The notes: generated from the letters alone by a model not told the origin. A stretch of DNA of 64,000 bases from Centroscyllium fabricii (GCA_051313645.2 JBNRSN020000005.1:192572001-192636000), one strand, 5' to 3'. Shown: positions 25,758-39,125, counted from the stretch's first letter. Numbers and translations: made by a program.

Positions 25758-26701
25758 TCATGCCCTGGAAACACTGGGACCTGCCTCGGGGCTGTGCTCA
25801 GTTGTTCTCATACATTGAATATTTGAGGTAAACGGATATTTCACCATGCTCTTGAACTGCTCTCTGAACTTGGACTGGGTCACCCCATAAATAAATGTAT
25901 TTGTGCAGCAACTTAAATTCTGCAGCATATATCCGACTTGATTAAAGATATAAAAAGGATAATTGTCATAATTGCCATCTGTTCCTCTAATGTAATGGTG
26001 CAAGAAATGTATTACATATACCAACCAAAGGAGTATGAAGCTGCCAGATATGGTGAATAGTAAAATCACAGACTTCCTTCTGTTCTCCATCTCTGGGTCA
26101 ATGTCATTCTCTCCCTTGCTCTCACCCCTCAGTCCCTTACGGACCCGACTGGCCACTAAAATGTGCCTGACTGTCAGAGCATTGAGCAACAGGATTAAAG
26201 CGAATGGGAGCATTGGGGTGAAAACCATATCAGACAAGTCAAATCCCACCCATCCGGGTTCAGAATAATAGCTTGGGATTAAGTAACAGAACCACAGCAC
26301 ATTGTCGATTATCTCTCCAGGTTCATATATAAAGTAGTAGGGAACGTTTTTTAAGCAGAGCAGAATGCAGGTTGTTGCTAAAACCACAGCCGCTGTTTTC
26401 TCGGTGCAATATTTTGTTTTCAGCTTCTGGCAACAAATGGCCACAAATCGATCAAAGGTGAAAGTGACGGTGAACCAGACAGAACAGTCTGTGGCTGCAC
26501 CGACCAGGACAGTGCGAACACTACACACAGGAGTGATGTCCAGGAAACATATTGGGAAATAATACCAATTGATCTGGTTCAGTATGATCTCAGTGATAAT
26601 GACCATTAGATCCGCCGCTGCCATGGCCACCAGGTAACAAGTGGTGCAGGTGGAGAGGCCGCATTTTCCTCAGGACAGGATCACAATCGCCACTAAATTA
26701 A
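25758..26701 (-). pseudogene. GPR139/GPR142-like class A GPCR, exon 2 (end of TM1 to TM7), with a premature TGA
   Basis: Acceptor TTTTTAAAG| at 26702; (V)NLVAIVILS*GKCGLS...YLVAMAAADL...FTFDRFVAIC...NTFIY; TGA at 26670-26672, probably from CGA; the downstream 290-aa frame is open. Confidence 0.88.
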
Positions 26702-26891
26702 CTTTAAAAAAGAGCAGGGAAAAGAGTCTGGAAGTTACTGATCAAACATTCTCCTTGTCTGGGCCCAGACAGTAAGGGCTGCATTTTAGAACAAAGAACG
26801 GGTGGTTTGGATTCGGCTCAGAGGTTCAAATGTTAACATTTCCACCTTGGCCCCAGCCCGCCTCCAGACCGCCCACTTCCGAGTTTAACAG

Positions 26892-27310
26892 CGGAATCTG
26901 CCCACCACACTGGCTGGTGATTGGACCACCCCCGGAATCTGATCACCACACTGGCTGGTGATTGGACCACCCCCGGAATCTGATCACCACACTGGCTGGT
27001 GATTGGACCACCCTCGGAATCTGATCACCACACTGGCTGGTGATTGGACCACCCCCGGAATCTGATCACCACACTGGCTGGTGATTGGACCACCCCCGGA
27101 ATCTGATCACCACACTGGCTGGTGATTGGACCACCCCCGGAATCTGATCACCACACTGGCTGGTGATTGGACCACCCCCGGAATCTGATCACCACACTGG
27201 CTGGTGATTGGACCACCCCCGGAATCTGATCACCACACTGGCTGGTGATTGGACCACCCCCGGAATCTGATCACCACACTGGCTGGTGATTGGACCGCCC
27301 CCGGAATCGG
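26892..27310. repeat. 41-bp tandem repeat, 10 near-identical copies
   Basis: GGAATC at 26893, 26934, 26975 ... 27303. Confidence 0.97.
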
Positions 27311-27609
27311 AGACACTTTCCCGTGTTCGCTGATCAGATCCAACCCCGGTATTGGCTAGCAATAAACCCCCAGGACCGTGAATGGACCGGCCCCAGAATC
27401 GGGCCACCACACTGGCTGGTGATCGATACCCAGCATCCCACCGCTGTGGATTTCATCCTGCGATCTTCTCCGGAATCCTCCCCACCCGACTGAAACCCAA
27501 GCCGGTCAATCTGGTTGACTTCAGGCAGTGAAGCGGTCAAGGACAAAACTGTGCACTGCCTACGTAACCTGACCCTGTTGATAGTAAATGTACAAAACTG
27601 AGATTGTTG

Positions 27610-27960
27610 TAACTCTGATAAAAACAGATAATGCTGTGAACACACAGCAAGTCAGGAAGCATCTGTGGAGAGAGAAACAGAGTTAACATTTCAGGTCGAT
27701 AAACTTTCATCTGAACTGGAAGAAAATAATGACAGAGCCAGATAAAAAGTAGGGTAAGGGAGGAAAGAACAATTTGGAGGTCTCTGATCGGGTGGATGGC
27801 AGGAGTAATCCAATGATAAAAAGTGCTAATTGTTCAAGGCGAAGAGGACAATTAAAGAAAGCAAAGATTGATGCAGAGCAGGAATAAATGGCTACAGCAA
27901 AATAACAGAGGGGGAGGTAAGCATGGAACATCTGTAATAGAAAAGGCCCCAGGAATGAGT
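27610..27960 (-). mobile_element. Penelope-derived terminal repeat fragment
   Basis: Reverse complement of 27620-27720 resembles 2400-2500. Confidence 0.65.
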
Positions 27961-27985
27961 CGGACGAAGGTGGTGTAGACATCAG

Positions 27986-28502
27986 ATGTACGGACTAGCC
28001 TTCATTCTGCCCTGGACTGGTGTGCCCGCACTCTTCCAGCCACCACCTCAATTTCATGGTTGGCTGGTTGGAGACAAGGCCTACCCACTCTCCACCTGGT
28101 GCAAGACTCCCCTCTGCAGGCCCAACGCTCCTGCCCAGCAGTCATATAATGAGAGCCCTGCTGCCATCAGGAACATTATCGATCAGACTATCCGCCTGCT
28201 GAATCAATGGTTCCGCTGCATTGCCCGCCCGGGAGGAGCCCTCCAGTACCGGTCGGAGCGGGTGTCACATTTCGTGCTGGTCTACTGCATGATCCACAAC
28301 TTGGGAGCCCAGCTCTTGCCACCAGGGTTTGGGGGGGCACCTCAGGAGGAGGACGAGTCTGAGGAGGAAGGGGAATATGAGGACCACAATGAGGTGGATG
28401 AGGAGGAGGAATAACAGGAGAGAGGGAGGAGGCAGCCACTCAATCCGTCTTCCAGAAGGATGATCCGTGACCACCTCATCAGACTGAGGTTTGAAAGGAT
28501 TA
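27986..28502 (+). pseudogene. Harbinger (HARBI1-like) DDE transposase C-terminal remnant
   Basis: GWLVGDKAYPL...TP...YNE...RNIIDQTIRLLNQWFRCI...LQY...YCMIHNL followed by an acidic tail. Confidence 0.85.
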
Positions 28503-28698
28503 AACTCCAGATCCCCGTTGCTCAAAACATCCCCATCATTATATATCAGTCGCAAGCCGTATCACAGCGCAATGATGATGTGAGAGACACCACAAAAGGA
28601 TCCAAAGTGACTTAATAAATTTATGAATAATCAGTGATCATATATTTTCAAGAACGTTATTAACTATTCACGCTTGTGCAATTCCTTAGTGCCTCTCG

Positions 28699-30879
28699 TT
28701 ACTGTGCCATTGTCTTCTCTAGTGCTGGCCCAGTGGCTACAGCAGGATTGGTGGAAGGCTGCTGAGTGCAGAAGAGTTCAGATGACCATGCAGGACATCC
28801 TTGACCAACTCTGGGCCTGGAAGGCCCGGCTGTGGACTGCAACACCTCAGAACGGGTGGCAGCAGTCTGGGCTGTCGGGATGACAGGCAGCGACAAGGGC
28901 AATGGCGGAGTGGAATTTGTGGGAGCAGGAATGCTGTCATTGGACGACACGGTGGCGCAGTGGTTAGCACTGCTGCCTCGCAATAAGGAGCTCCTGGGTT
29001 CGAATCCTGCTTGGCCCGGGACCTCGCTGCGTGGAGTTTGCATGTTCTCCCCATGTTCATGTCGGTTTCCTCCGGGTACTCCGGTTTCCTCCCACCACCC
29101 AAATACATGCAGGTTCAGTGAATTGGAGATACTAAAAATTGCCCATGAGTATGTGTGTGAGATATAGTTCTTAGAGCTGGGGGTGTCGGGGGATGGTGGG
29201 AGGGGGGTGCTGGGTTTGGATGATCAGCCATGATCTCATCAAAAATGGCGGAGCAGGCTCGAAGGGCCGAATGGCCTACTCCTGCTCCTATCTTCTGTCT
29301 ATCTGTGTGTCTGTATCCTGAGAGAGGACAGTAGGTTCCTGCTCCACTGACCCACTGCCACTCCCCAGGGCAGCAACACAGCATTCCCAGCAATCTGTTG
29401 AAGCACAGATTATTCATCTGCTGAGACACTGTGAAAGAACTAGTCGATGGTGGTAGACCCGGACACAATGGCAGCAGTCAGAGCTTGCATGGCATCAAGC
29501 TGAGACTTCATGGCACCAGTCTGTGACTGGATGTCAACAAGCAAAGACTGCATTACATCAGTAAGATGTTGTGTTTGTTTCACCTGTGCTGCAATGGAAG
29601 CCACATCGGGTCTGGGTCGCATGGTGTCGCTGGGAATCTACCATTCTTTGCAGACTGGAAATGATGGTCTCCAAGGTATATTTAGAGCCTTGTGCAATGC
29701 TCTAGGTGGACTCCACCACGTCCTTATCATTGCTGAGAGGCTTTCGGGCCCCCTTGCCATGTGCATGCACATGACCATTCATCTAAAAGCCTCACCATCA
29801 AAGTCCTGATCTGAGTCGTGTGCAGCAGATCTCCCAGACCAACCGCCATCCAGGGAGCCGGCCCCTGAGGTAACCTTTCCCCCTTGCCTTCCTGGAGCCC
29901 ACTCATCCCAGGTGCCTCACCATTTTCAGATCCCGCTACTATTCTAGCTAATACAGAGGGCCTAGTGCCAGTATCTGAGCTGGGGCCTAAGTGTGAGAGA
30001 GACACTGAGGTGGTCTGTTCTTTCTCCTCCTCTTCTCCCACCTCGCTCTCTACGGTGCCATCAGGAACAGGCTGCTGAGCTGCTTGCTCATTATCTGAAA
30101 GCATAAAGGCACAAGAGTCGTGTTAAGGTGAGTGAAGGGGGACAGAAAGGGAGCAATGCATGCATACATACAGCATGATTAGCTGGAAATTGCAAAAGGC
30201 TTGTGGCGTGATGGGGAAGTGGGGTGTAGAAGAAGGAGTAGGGTGAAACTACCATTGTTGTCCCCAATGGGGTTAACATCGGCGCTGGCCATGCTGCCCG
30301 CCCCCTGGTGCCAATAACCTGTAGCACTCGATTATCGAGCACAGACAGTGGTTATTTGTCGGCTTGAGTCCCCGCCTATGTGCTCCTGCTCCCCCCTGTT
30401 GTGAACCACCTTGGCCTGCAAGATAAATGAAAGTGTGTGAGTGACTGGAGCAATGTGTTTGGCTGATGTGCTTGCCATCGGTGAATAGCTGTCATTGTGT
30501 GCAAGTTGTGAGATGTGGCTGTGAGTTTTTGCAGATATTGTTGGTGTTTGAGTGATGCGGGTGTGGGGCTTTGGACAGTGTGTGAACAATCTGGTTCAGA
30601 AGGTGTTACGTAGCATTTGTAGAAGAATTCACTCACCCTGTCCACCCAAGTGAGGTCATTAATTTTAATGCTGCACTGTGTACGGATCCTGGGGACTACA
30701 GTTCTGCCCAAGACATGCTGCACTACTTCCCTCCACATGGTGCGGAAGATTTCTGGCGAGGGCCTTCTGCCACTTGGTGGGTAGAGCACCACCCTCCATC
30801 TCTCCACAGTGAAGACCAATGCCTCCAATGCTTGATCGCATAATCTGCGGACTCTCTCTCTGGGGCGTGGATCTGCCAT
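28699..30879 (-). pseudogene. Harbinger Myb/SANT-like accessory gene, multi-exon, decayed
   Basis: Exon 30879-30637 encodes MADPRPRERVRRL...LEALV...WREV...RTQCSIKINDL; donor GTGAGT; phase-0 acceptor at 30416; convergent with the transposase as in two-gene Harbingers. Confidence 0.75.
28942..29317 (+). mobile_element. HE1-like V-SINE (second subfamily)
   Basis: A/B boxes, V-domain and CR1-type tail; closely similar to 40635-41018. Confidence 0.9.
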
Positions 30880-30990
30880 GTGTACAGCTGCTTCAGTCCA
30901 CTGGCTCCTTTTCGTTGACATGCTGCTGCTTGCTGAGGCAGCTGCACAGCCAGAAATGCTGATGATTCGATTTTGCAGCATTAATGCACC

Positions 30991-33900
30991 TGTCGTGCAT
31001 GCAGGCCTGAAGAACCACGCGGGAGCCAGTAGGACAGAAAACACTTGTTTATTACATTGCATGGCCAGGTAGGAAAAGAGACTGAACCACCTGGAGCAGG
31101 CTTATTTAAAGCACCCGCGGTTGGTGATCTCATCACGCCGGAAGTCGCGGTGATGTCACCACATCACCCGATGGGCGGGGCCGTGCCCCGCGGTACTCCC
31201 GAGGCGGATTCGATGCCTTTGGTGGGCGTGTCGCCACACAGCTCCCCCCCAGAATCTGTAAGGGAGAATAAAGTAAAAATAAAAAATGAGTCTCATGAGA
31301 GGCGTTGAGGTGGCCGGATGATGCGGCCGGCACGTGTCGTGCGCTGCTCCTTGTTCTGCGGTGGAGTGTGGGCGGTTTTTGGTGCGGGAGGGCGTCCGCG
31401 TTTTGGTGGCTGCGCGGGGACTGTTGTCTCACCCGCTATTACGTGTGCCGGCTTCAGCCGGTCTATTGAGACGGTTTCAGTCCTGTTGCCCATTTTCAGT
31501 TCGAAAGCTTTAGCTCCCGCCCGAAGCACTCTGTACGGTCCATCATACGGTGGCTGTAGTGGCGATCGATGTGCGTCGTGGCGGACAAACACATATTTGG
31601 CGTTTTTCTCCGTGCCGGGCCACCGGTAGCGGTTTGAATGCTCGTGCCTGGTTGTTAAAGTCCTTCAGGTATTGGTCTGCTGACCAGGGAGCGTTTGGCT
31701 CTGCGAGGAACTCACCTGGCATGGTTAGAGTTTGGCCGTAGACGAGTTTCGCTGCTGAGGCGTGCAGGTCTTCTTTGGCCGCTGAGCGTAGGCCGAGCAT
31801 TACCCAGGGCAGGCGGTCTGTCCAAGTTGAGTCCTTAAGACTGGCCCGCAGGGATGCTTTGATGGAGCGGTCGAACCATTCGCAGAGTCCGTTGGACTGT
31901 GGGTGGTAAGCGGTGGTTCAGTGTAGGGTTACCCCAAGGTCGCGGGCGATGGTCACCCATAGTGTCGACGTGAATTGGGGGCCTCTGTCCGACGTGGTGT
32001 CGGTGGGTACGCCGAAACGCGCGACCCAGGTGGCGATGAAAGCCCTGGCCAGGTCCGTGGTGCTGGTAGCAACGAGTGGGACCGCTTCTGGCCAGCGAGT
32101 GCTGCGGTCGACCATGGTCATGACGTGTGTGTGTCCCCGTGATGGCGGTAGTGGTCCGACCAGGTCGATGTGGACGTGGTCGAAGCGTCTAGCTGGTATG
32201 GTGAATGTTTCCAGTGGTGCCTTGATGTGCTTGTGCACCTTGGCGCGCTGGCAGGCAATGCAGGCGTTGGTCCAGGCGCGGACATCCTTGCGCAGGCCGC
32301 GCCAGACGAAACGTGCCGAAATCAGCTTGGTGGACGCGCAGGTGCCAGGGTGGGACAGGCCATGGAGGGTCTGGAAAATGTGTCGCCTCCATGCGTGGGG
32401 GACGATGGGTCTGGGCTGCGGGAGGGAGACGTCGCAGCAGACTGCGGTGGCTGTGGGCCCGTGTGCTACGCTGGCCAAGTGCAGGCCGGGGAGGTTGGTA
32501 GCTGGGTCGAGCAGGTCTGGGTCTGTTAGTTGGTCGGTTGCCAGTTTGGCGTAGTCGACCGCCGTTTGTATGGCGTTGATGGTGGGATGTGACAGGCAGT
32601 CAGCGACCACATTGTCGCGGCCGGCGATGTGCTGTATGTCGGTGGTAAATTCTGACACGGCCACGAGCTGGCGCTGCTGCCTGGCCGACCAGGGTTCGGC
32701 GATCTTAGCCATTGCGGACACGAGCGGCTTGTGATCAACGAAGGCTGTAAAAATGGCGGCCCTCTAAGAGGAAGCGGAAGTGGCGCACTGCGAGGTAGAG
32801 AGCGAGTAGCTCCCTATCGAAGGCGCTGTACTTGACCTCTGGGGGCCGAAGTTGCCAGCTGAAAAAGGCCAGGGGTTGCCAGGAGTTGCCGGTCCTCTGC
32901 TCAAAGACCACTCCGAAAGCGTGGTCGGAGGCGTCGGTGGTGAGGGCCACTCTGGCGTTGGGCCTAGGGTGGGCTAGGAGCGTGGCGTTGGCCAGGGCGG
33001 TTTTGGTTGCGGTGAAGGCGGTGGTGGCTTCGGCCGTCCACTCGACCGCAGTTTTGTTGGACTGCCCGCGTGTGGCCTGGTAAAGGGGTGCCATGAGAGC
33101 GGCTGCTCCTGGGATGAAGCGGTTATAAAAATTAACCATCCCTAGGAATTCCTGCAGCCCCTTGATGGAGTGCGGGTGGGGGAATTCCTGGACCGCCTGC
33201 ACCTTGGAGGGCAGGGGTATGGCCCCGGTTTGGGAAATGCGGTGGCCGAGGAAGTCGATCGTCTTGAGGCCAAATTGGCATTTAGAGGGGCTTAATATGA
33301 GACCGTGCTCGGTCAGGCGTTGGAACAGGGTCCTGAGATGGAGGAGGTGTTCTTGGGGGGAGGTGCTGGCCACGAGGATGTCGTCTAGGTAGACGAACAT
33401 GAACTGCAAGTCCCGTAAGACTGAGTCCATGAGGCGTTGGAAGGCCTGGGCCGCGTTTTTAAGTCCGAAGGGCATTCGGAAGAATTCGAACAGTCCGAAA
33501 GGGGTGATGACGGCTGTCTTAGGGACATCCGCCGGGTGCACTGGTACCTGGTGGTAGCCCCGTACCAGGTCGATCTTAGAGGAGATTGTGCAGCCCGCTA
33601 GCCTGGCGGAGAAATCTTGGATGTGGGGTACGGGGTACCTGTCTGGGGTGGTGGCATTGTTGAGGCGGCAGTAGTCTCCGCAGGGGCACCAACCACCGCC
33701 CGGCTTGGGGGCGATGTGGAGGGGGGAGGCCCAGGGGCTGTTGGAGCGGCGGATTATGCCGAGTTGTTCCATAGTGCGAAACTCGGTACGCGCGATCTCC
33801 AGTTTGGCCGGGTCCAGCCTGCGGGTGTGGGCATGGACGGGAGGGCCGGTGGTGGTGATGAAATGGTCCACCCCGTGTTTGGCCGTGCGGGCTGTGAAGG

Positions 33901-35435
33901 TGGGGTTGGTGAGGGCTGGGAACTCCGCGAGGAGTGTGCCGTATGTGTCGGAGTTCCGGGCTCGGTAGTGTGCCGCTGCGTGGGCCTGGCGTGCCGGCCC
34001 TGTGGTGCATGGGATGGTCGACATGTTGTGTATATCGACCAGTCGGCACCGGGTCATGTTGACCAGGAGGCCGTGGGCACAGAGGAAATCTGCCCCGAGG
34101 AGGGTTAGTTTGACCTGGGCGGTGATGAAGTCCCAGTGGTACGTGTGGCCTGCTAGCTTGATGGTGAGCTTGCGGGTGCCGTACGTCTTTATTTCGGAGC
34201 CGTTTGCGGCTTCGAGTGGCGGGCCCCGGGTGCCTTGTTTGGCTTCTGCAGTGGAGGCTGGCACAATGCTGTGCTGCGCGCCTGTGTCGCAGAGGAACCG
34301 GAGGCCTGTGCCGCTGTCTGTGACGTAGAGCAGGGCTCCAGAGTGGCCTACAGACATGGTGGGGCTTGAGCCGGGCTGGGGTTTGAAAGTGCAGGGCTGG
34401 ACGCAGCATTGTGCTTTGGATTCAAACCAGGTGTGGTAGTAGCACCAGCCGGTGCCCGATGTGCGCGGCCTTTTGCGGGGTCGCGTTGGCCTGGGTTCAG
34501 GCCTGGGGCCGGACCTGGGGTGCACGTAGCGGGGCTCGGCTGCCGTAGCAGCGGGCTCGCACGTGGCGGAGCGGGAGCGCTCGGCCGTCATGAGCTTGTC
34601 GGCCTCCTCAGCCAGCTGTTCTCCGCTGCAGTGGCAGAGGGCCATCAGAGCCGGTCTGACGGAGGGGGGCAGTTTGAGGAGGAACAAGGTGCGCTTGATG
34701 GAGGCTGGGTCTGATTTCAGCGCTTCCATTTGGGCCCAAAGGTCCGATGGGTCTGCGTCCCCGAGTTCGGGGAGGTTGATGAGCTGGCAGTCGCGCTCAA
34801 ATTGGGAGGGGGTGAATTTTTTAAGCAGCGCGGCCTTAAGGAATTCTTACCTGCCCGCTGCTGGTGCACGCTGTAACGTCGGCCACATCCGATCGACCGT
34901 GGTCTGCGGTAGGGCCGAGAAGAGCAGGTCGTAGCGATCATCCCCCTGGACGCCATGGATGCGGCAGCTGGTTTCGATACACAGGAACCAGGCCGCTGAG
35001 CGTAGCTCCCAGAACTCCGGTAGAGTTAATCTGTGGCCGGAGTTCTGGCCCAGTCTTTGAGGTCGTGCAGCTTGGCTTCCTGAAGGCATGTTGGTTGGAA
35101 GTGCTCTGAGGCAGCTTGGCCCTCAGTCCTGCAGCAACTGCTTCATTTCTGTTCTCCTGGAAGACGTTCCAAGCTCGGGGTCACCACTGTCGTGCATGCA
35201 GGCCTGAAGAACCATGTGGGAGCCAGTAGGACAGAAAACACTTGTTTATTACATTGCATGGCCAGGTAGGAAAAGAGACTGAACCACCTGGAGCAGGCTT
35301 ATTTAAAGCGCCCGCGGTTGGTGATCTCATCACGCCGGAAGTCGCGGTGACGTCACCACGTCACCCGATGGGCGGGGCCGTGCCCCGCGGTACTCCCGAG
35401 GCGGATTCCATGCCTTTGGTGGGCGTGTCGCCACA
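30991..35435 (-). mobile_element. Ty3/Gypsy LTR retrotransposon, CsRn1-like, full length
   Basis: 248-bp LTRs 30991-31238 and 35188-35435 (6 differences by eye); TSD CACC; PBS TGGTGACCCCGA (tRNA-Trp-like); G-rich PPT; CHCC gag motif CYYH...C...C. Confidence 0.96.
31293..35089 (-). pseudogene. CsRn1-like gag-pol, with frameshifts and stops
   Basis: LCDTGA protease, YLDD RT and TDAS RNase H in 32735-34729; integrase HIDLVGP/SDRG in 31918-32721. Confidence 0.9.
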
Positions 35436-35734
35436 CACCTCCACTTCAAGAAGTAGAAAAAGCCTGTGGAAATCATGATTGGCAATTGGACTGCACCTGA
35501 TATTGGTCCACCTTCGGAGTGTAACATCAATGAATTTGCGCTTAAAGTCTTGAATTGGGTTTCCAATCATTCCTTTGAACAGTGAGCATTAGCGGCTGGT
35601 AGTAATTCTGCAACTTTTCTACTGATACCGTCCATGCCTGGGCTATAATAAATTTCTAGCCCACTGAGTCATAGATAAGAACTGGTTCGTCAATCCTTAA
35701 TATGTAACAGAAGTGCAGTAATTAATAACCGCAG

Positions 35735-36025
35735 CTCAACGGTAGCATAGTGGTAGTATCACTGGGCAAGTAATCCTTGATGTGAGTTCAAATCTCACTA
35801 CGGGGAATTTAAGTTCATTTACTTAAATAAATCTGTAATAAAGAGCTAGTATCAGTAATTGCAACCATGAAACTACTGGATTGTCCGAAAAATCCATCTG
35901 GTTCACTAATGTCATTTAGGAAGGACATCTGCCATCCTTACTTGGTCTGGCCGATATATGATTCCAGACCCACAGCAATCTTGCATCTTAACTGCCAGCT
36001 GAAATGGCCAAGCAATTCACTCAGG
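35735..36025 (+). mobile_element. tRNA-derived SINE (family uncertain)
   Basis: A box TAGCATAGTGG, B box AGTTCAAATC, core CATCTGGTTCACTAATGTC shared with 40110-40465 and 8640-8800. Confidence 0.7.
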
Positions 36026-36050
36026 TGTAACTAACTGCTACGAAATATAA

Positions 36051-37728
36051 TGGCACAGAAATTCGGGTCGGAGGCTTCCTGCGGGTGCCAGCCTCCAAGC
36101 TGCACTTAGCTTGCGCACCGGCAGTTGAGCTGTGGGACCATGTGGAATTGCGATGCTGGGCCTCCTCCAACTGCCGGTGTGCAGTGCTTGCATGTCCCAG
36201 GGGGGCAGTTAGTTTGATGCATCCCCTGGGATCACGTGGGCGATGGAGAGCCAATGGGAGCAGAGAATTGGCCATTGTGGGGATGTTCGCTGATGATTGC
36301 ACACTGTTCAGCACCATTCGAGACTCGGCAGATACTGACGCAGTCCGTGTCCATATGCAGCAAGACCTGGACAACATTCAGACTTGGGCTGACAAGTGGC
36401 AAGTAACATTCGCACCACACAAGTGCCAGGCAATGACCATCTCCAACAAGCGAGATTCTAACCAACTCCCCTTGACATTCAGTGGCATTATCATCGCTGA
36501 ATCGCCCACTATCAACATCCTGGGGGGTTACCATTGATCGTAAACTGAACTGGACCAGCCATATAAATACTGTGGCTACAAGAACAGGCCAGAGGCTGGG
36601 AATTCTGCAGCGAGTGTCTCACCCCCTGACTCCCCAAAGCCTTTCCACCATCTACAAGGCACAAGTCAGGAGTGTGATGGAATACTCTCCACTTGCCTGG
36701 ATGAGTGCAGCTCCAACAACACTCAAGAAGCTCGACACCATTCAGGATAAAGCAGGCTGCTTGATTGGCACTCCATCCACCACCTTCAACATTCACTCCC
36801 TCCACCACCAGCACACCGTGGCTGCAGTGTGTACCATCTACAAGATGCACTGCAGCAACTCGCCAAAGCTCCTTCAACAGCACCTTCCAAACCCGCGACC
36901 TCTACCACTTAGAAGGACAAGGGCAGCAGATGCATGGGAACATCACCACCTACAAGATCCCCTCCAAGCCACACACCATCCTGACTTGGACCTGTATCGC
37001 CGCTCCTTCACTGTCACTGGGCCAAAATCCTGGAACTCCCTTCCTAACAACATTGTGGGTGTACCTACACCATATGGACTGCAGCGGTTCAAGAAGGCGG
37101 CTCACCACCATCTTCTCAAGGGCAATTGGGATGGGCACTTAATGCAGGCCTAGCCAGCCAGCGACATCCACATCCATCAATGGATTAAAAAAAAATCATA
37201 AGTTTGACAGGAAGAGCTGTCAAAACTATGAATACTATAAGCCCCAAAACATCACGAAAACTTCAAATACATTGAAAAAAAAAATCACATTTTTAAAATA
37301 ACTATAAATTCCATGAAATAACTATTTTAAAAATAATTTGAATTTTTGAAAATTGTAATAACATTTTCTAACGGGACTACCAATAAACTTACCTTTCTTT
37401 AAAGTATTTAAAAATAATAAACCTGTGTAGAAATGTTTTAATTTTAATTAATTCAACACTTACCTGGTTAAAAGCAGGCCTTACACCTCCTTTTTACATG
37501 TGTAAAATCTGCAGAATTACCCGCACGTAAAACATGTAAAAATAAATAACTGCAATACGCACTCGCTGCCGCTGCCGTGCATGAGTTCCACCTCTTAACA
37601 CCTTCAGAGGAATGGAAATGCTGGTATCCCAGGCATGTGCAGAGCATGAATGAAACCAGCACTTTAGTTGGACCTACGCATGAGTACCCCATTCGTACTC
37701 ATGCATTAGGACCCGAATTTCTGGGCTA
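36051..37728. mobile_element. MITE (Harbinger-like) interrupted by a LINE
   Basis: TIR TGGCACAGAAATTCGGGTC / GACCCGAATTTCTGGGCTA; flanks TAA and TTA; the related copy at 47494 is continuous across the LINE site. Confidence 0.8.
36277..37195 (+). mobile_element. CR1/L2-group LINE 3' end
   Basis: MFADDCTLFS...WQVTFAPHKCQ...IYKAQVRSVMEYS; A-rich tail. Confidence 0.9.
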
Positions 37729-37734
37729 TTAAGA

Positions 37735-38612
37735 ATGAAACTGGATGGAGCTCGCACTGGCTATGGACACGGCAATGACACACCCAGTCGGCCCTGTAAA
37801 ATCCTCAGCTACATCTGGGGACCGGTACCAAAATTTGGATAGCTGTCCCACAGACTAGTCAACCAACAACCAGACATAGTCATATTCACAAAATCATACT
37901 TTTCAGCCAATGTCCCAAACTCCTCCATCTCCATCCCTGCGGACGTCCTTTCCCGAGGTCCCCACTATCACAGCAGCCAATCTTCAACCAACCCAATTCA
38001 CTCCACATGATATCTAAGAAACGGGTGAACTCACTGGATGCAGAAAAGTCTATGGACCCCGACAACATCCCTGCTATTGTGTTGAAGACTTGTGCTGCAG
38101 AACTAGCGAAGCCTCCAGAATAGCTTTTCAAGTACTGCTATAATACTGGCATATAGACGACAATGGGAAAGACTGCCCAGGAATGTCCTATCCACAGAAA
38201 GCAGGACAAATCCAGCCTGGCCAATTAATGCCCCATCAGTCTATTCTCAATCATTAGAAAAGGATGGAAGGTGTCATCAACAGTGCTATCAAGCGGCACT
38301 TCATCACCAGTAACCTGCTCAATGATGTTCAGTTTGGGTTCTGCCAAGCCCACGCGGCTCCAGACCTCATTACGGCCTTGGTCCAAACATGGACAAAGGA
38401 GCTGAATTCCAGAACTGAGGTGAGAGGGACTGCCATTGAAAGCAAGGCAGTATTTGACTGAGTGTGGCATCAAGGAGCCCTAGTAAAACTGAAGTCAATG
38501 GGAATCAGTAGAAAATGCTTTACTTGCTGGAGTCATACCTAGCGTAAAGGAAGATGGTTGTGGTTGTTGAAGGTCAATCATCACAGCCCCAGGAGTTCGC
38601 TGCAAATGTTCC
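37735..38612 (+). mobile_element. Internally deleted CR1/L2-group LINE (start of endonuclease fused to RT)
   Basis: LSHRLVNQQPDIVI-like segment followed by PDNIPAIVLKTCAAELA...QFGF...AVFD. Confidence 0.7.
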
Positions 38613-38779
38613 ACATCTTGTCTCATACACAGATAATAAATGTTAGCCCACATGACCGACAGATTTACAGGGCCGTGTTGGGGTTAGGGGAACATTCAGC
38701 ACTAAAATAATTAAAGTGTTCACAGTAACTATACTTAGAATAAGTCATGAACTCAGTTCATATCAGTGAAACTCTAATG

Positions 38780-39125
38780 GGAAATGGCAGAGAAATTAAA
38801 TAAATACATTGTTTCTGTCTTCACGGAGGAAGAAACAAATATCCTCCCAGAAATACGAGATCCCAGAAATACGAGATAACCAAGAGTGTGGCAAGAATGT
38901 GGAACTGAAAGAAATTGCTATTAGTAAAAAAACAGTACCAGCAAAATTAATGGGACTAAAATTCGATAAATCCCAAGGACCAGATGACCTACATCCTAGG
39001 GCTTTTAAAAAATTGGCCATTTTGATACTGGACGCATTGGTTGCCATCTTCCAGAATGCTATAGACTCGAGAATGGTTCCTGCAGATTGGAGGCTAGTAA
39101 ATGTAATCCCATTATTTAATAAAGG
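38780..39125 (+). mobile_element. CR1 RT fragment, cut by a solo LTR
   Basis: DKSQGPDDLHPR...VPADWRLVNVIPLFNKG. Confidence 0.85.

Noticed and set aside
26892-27310. CRISPR-like array of hairpin repeats
   Set aside because: There are no unique spacers and no cas genes, and the context is eukaryotic; it is a pure tandem repeat.
26776-35661. Single full-length Harbinger bounded by GGGCTGCATTTT and AAATTTCTAGCCC
   Set aside because: The ends match poorly and the flanks give no TSD.
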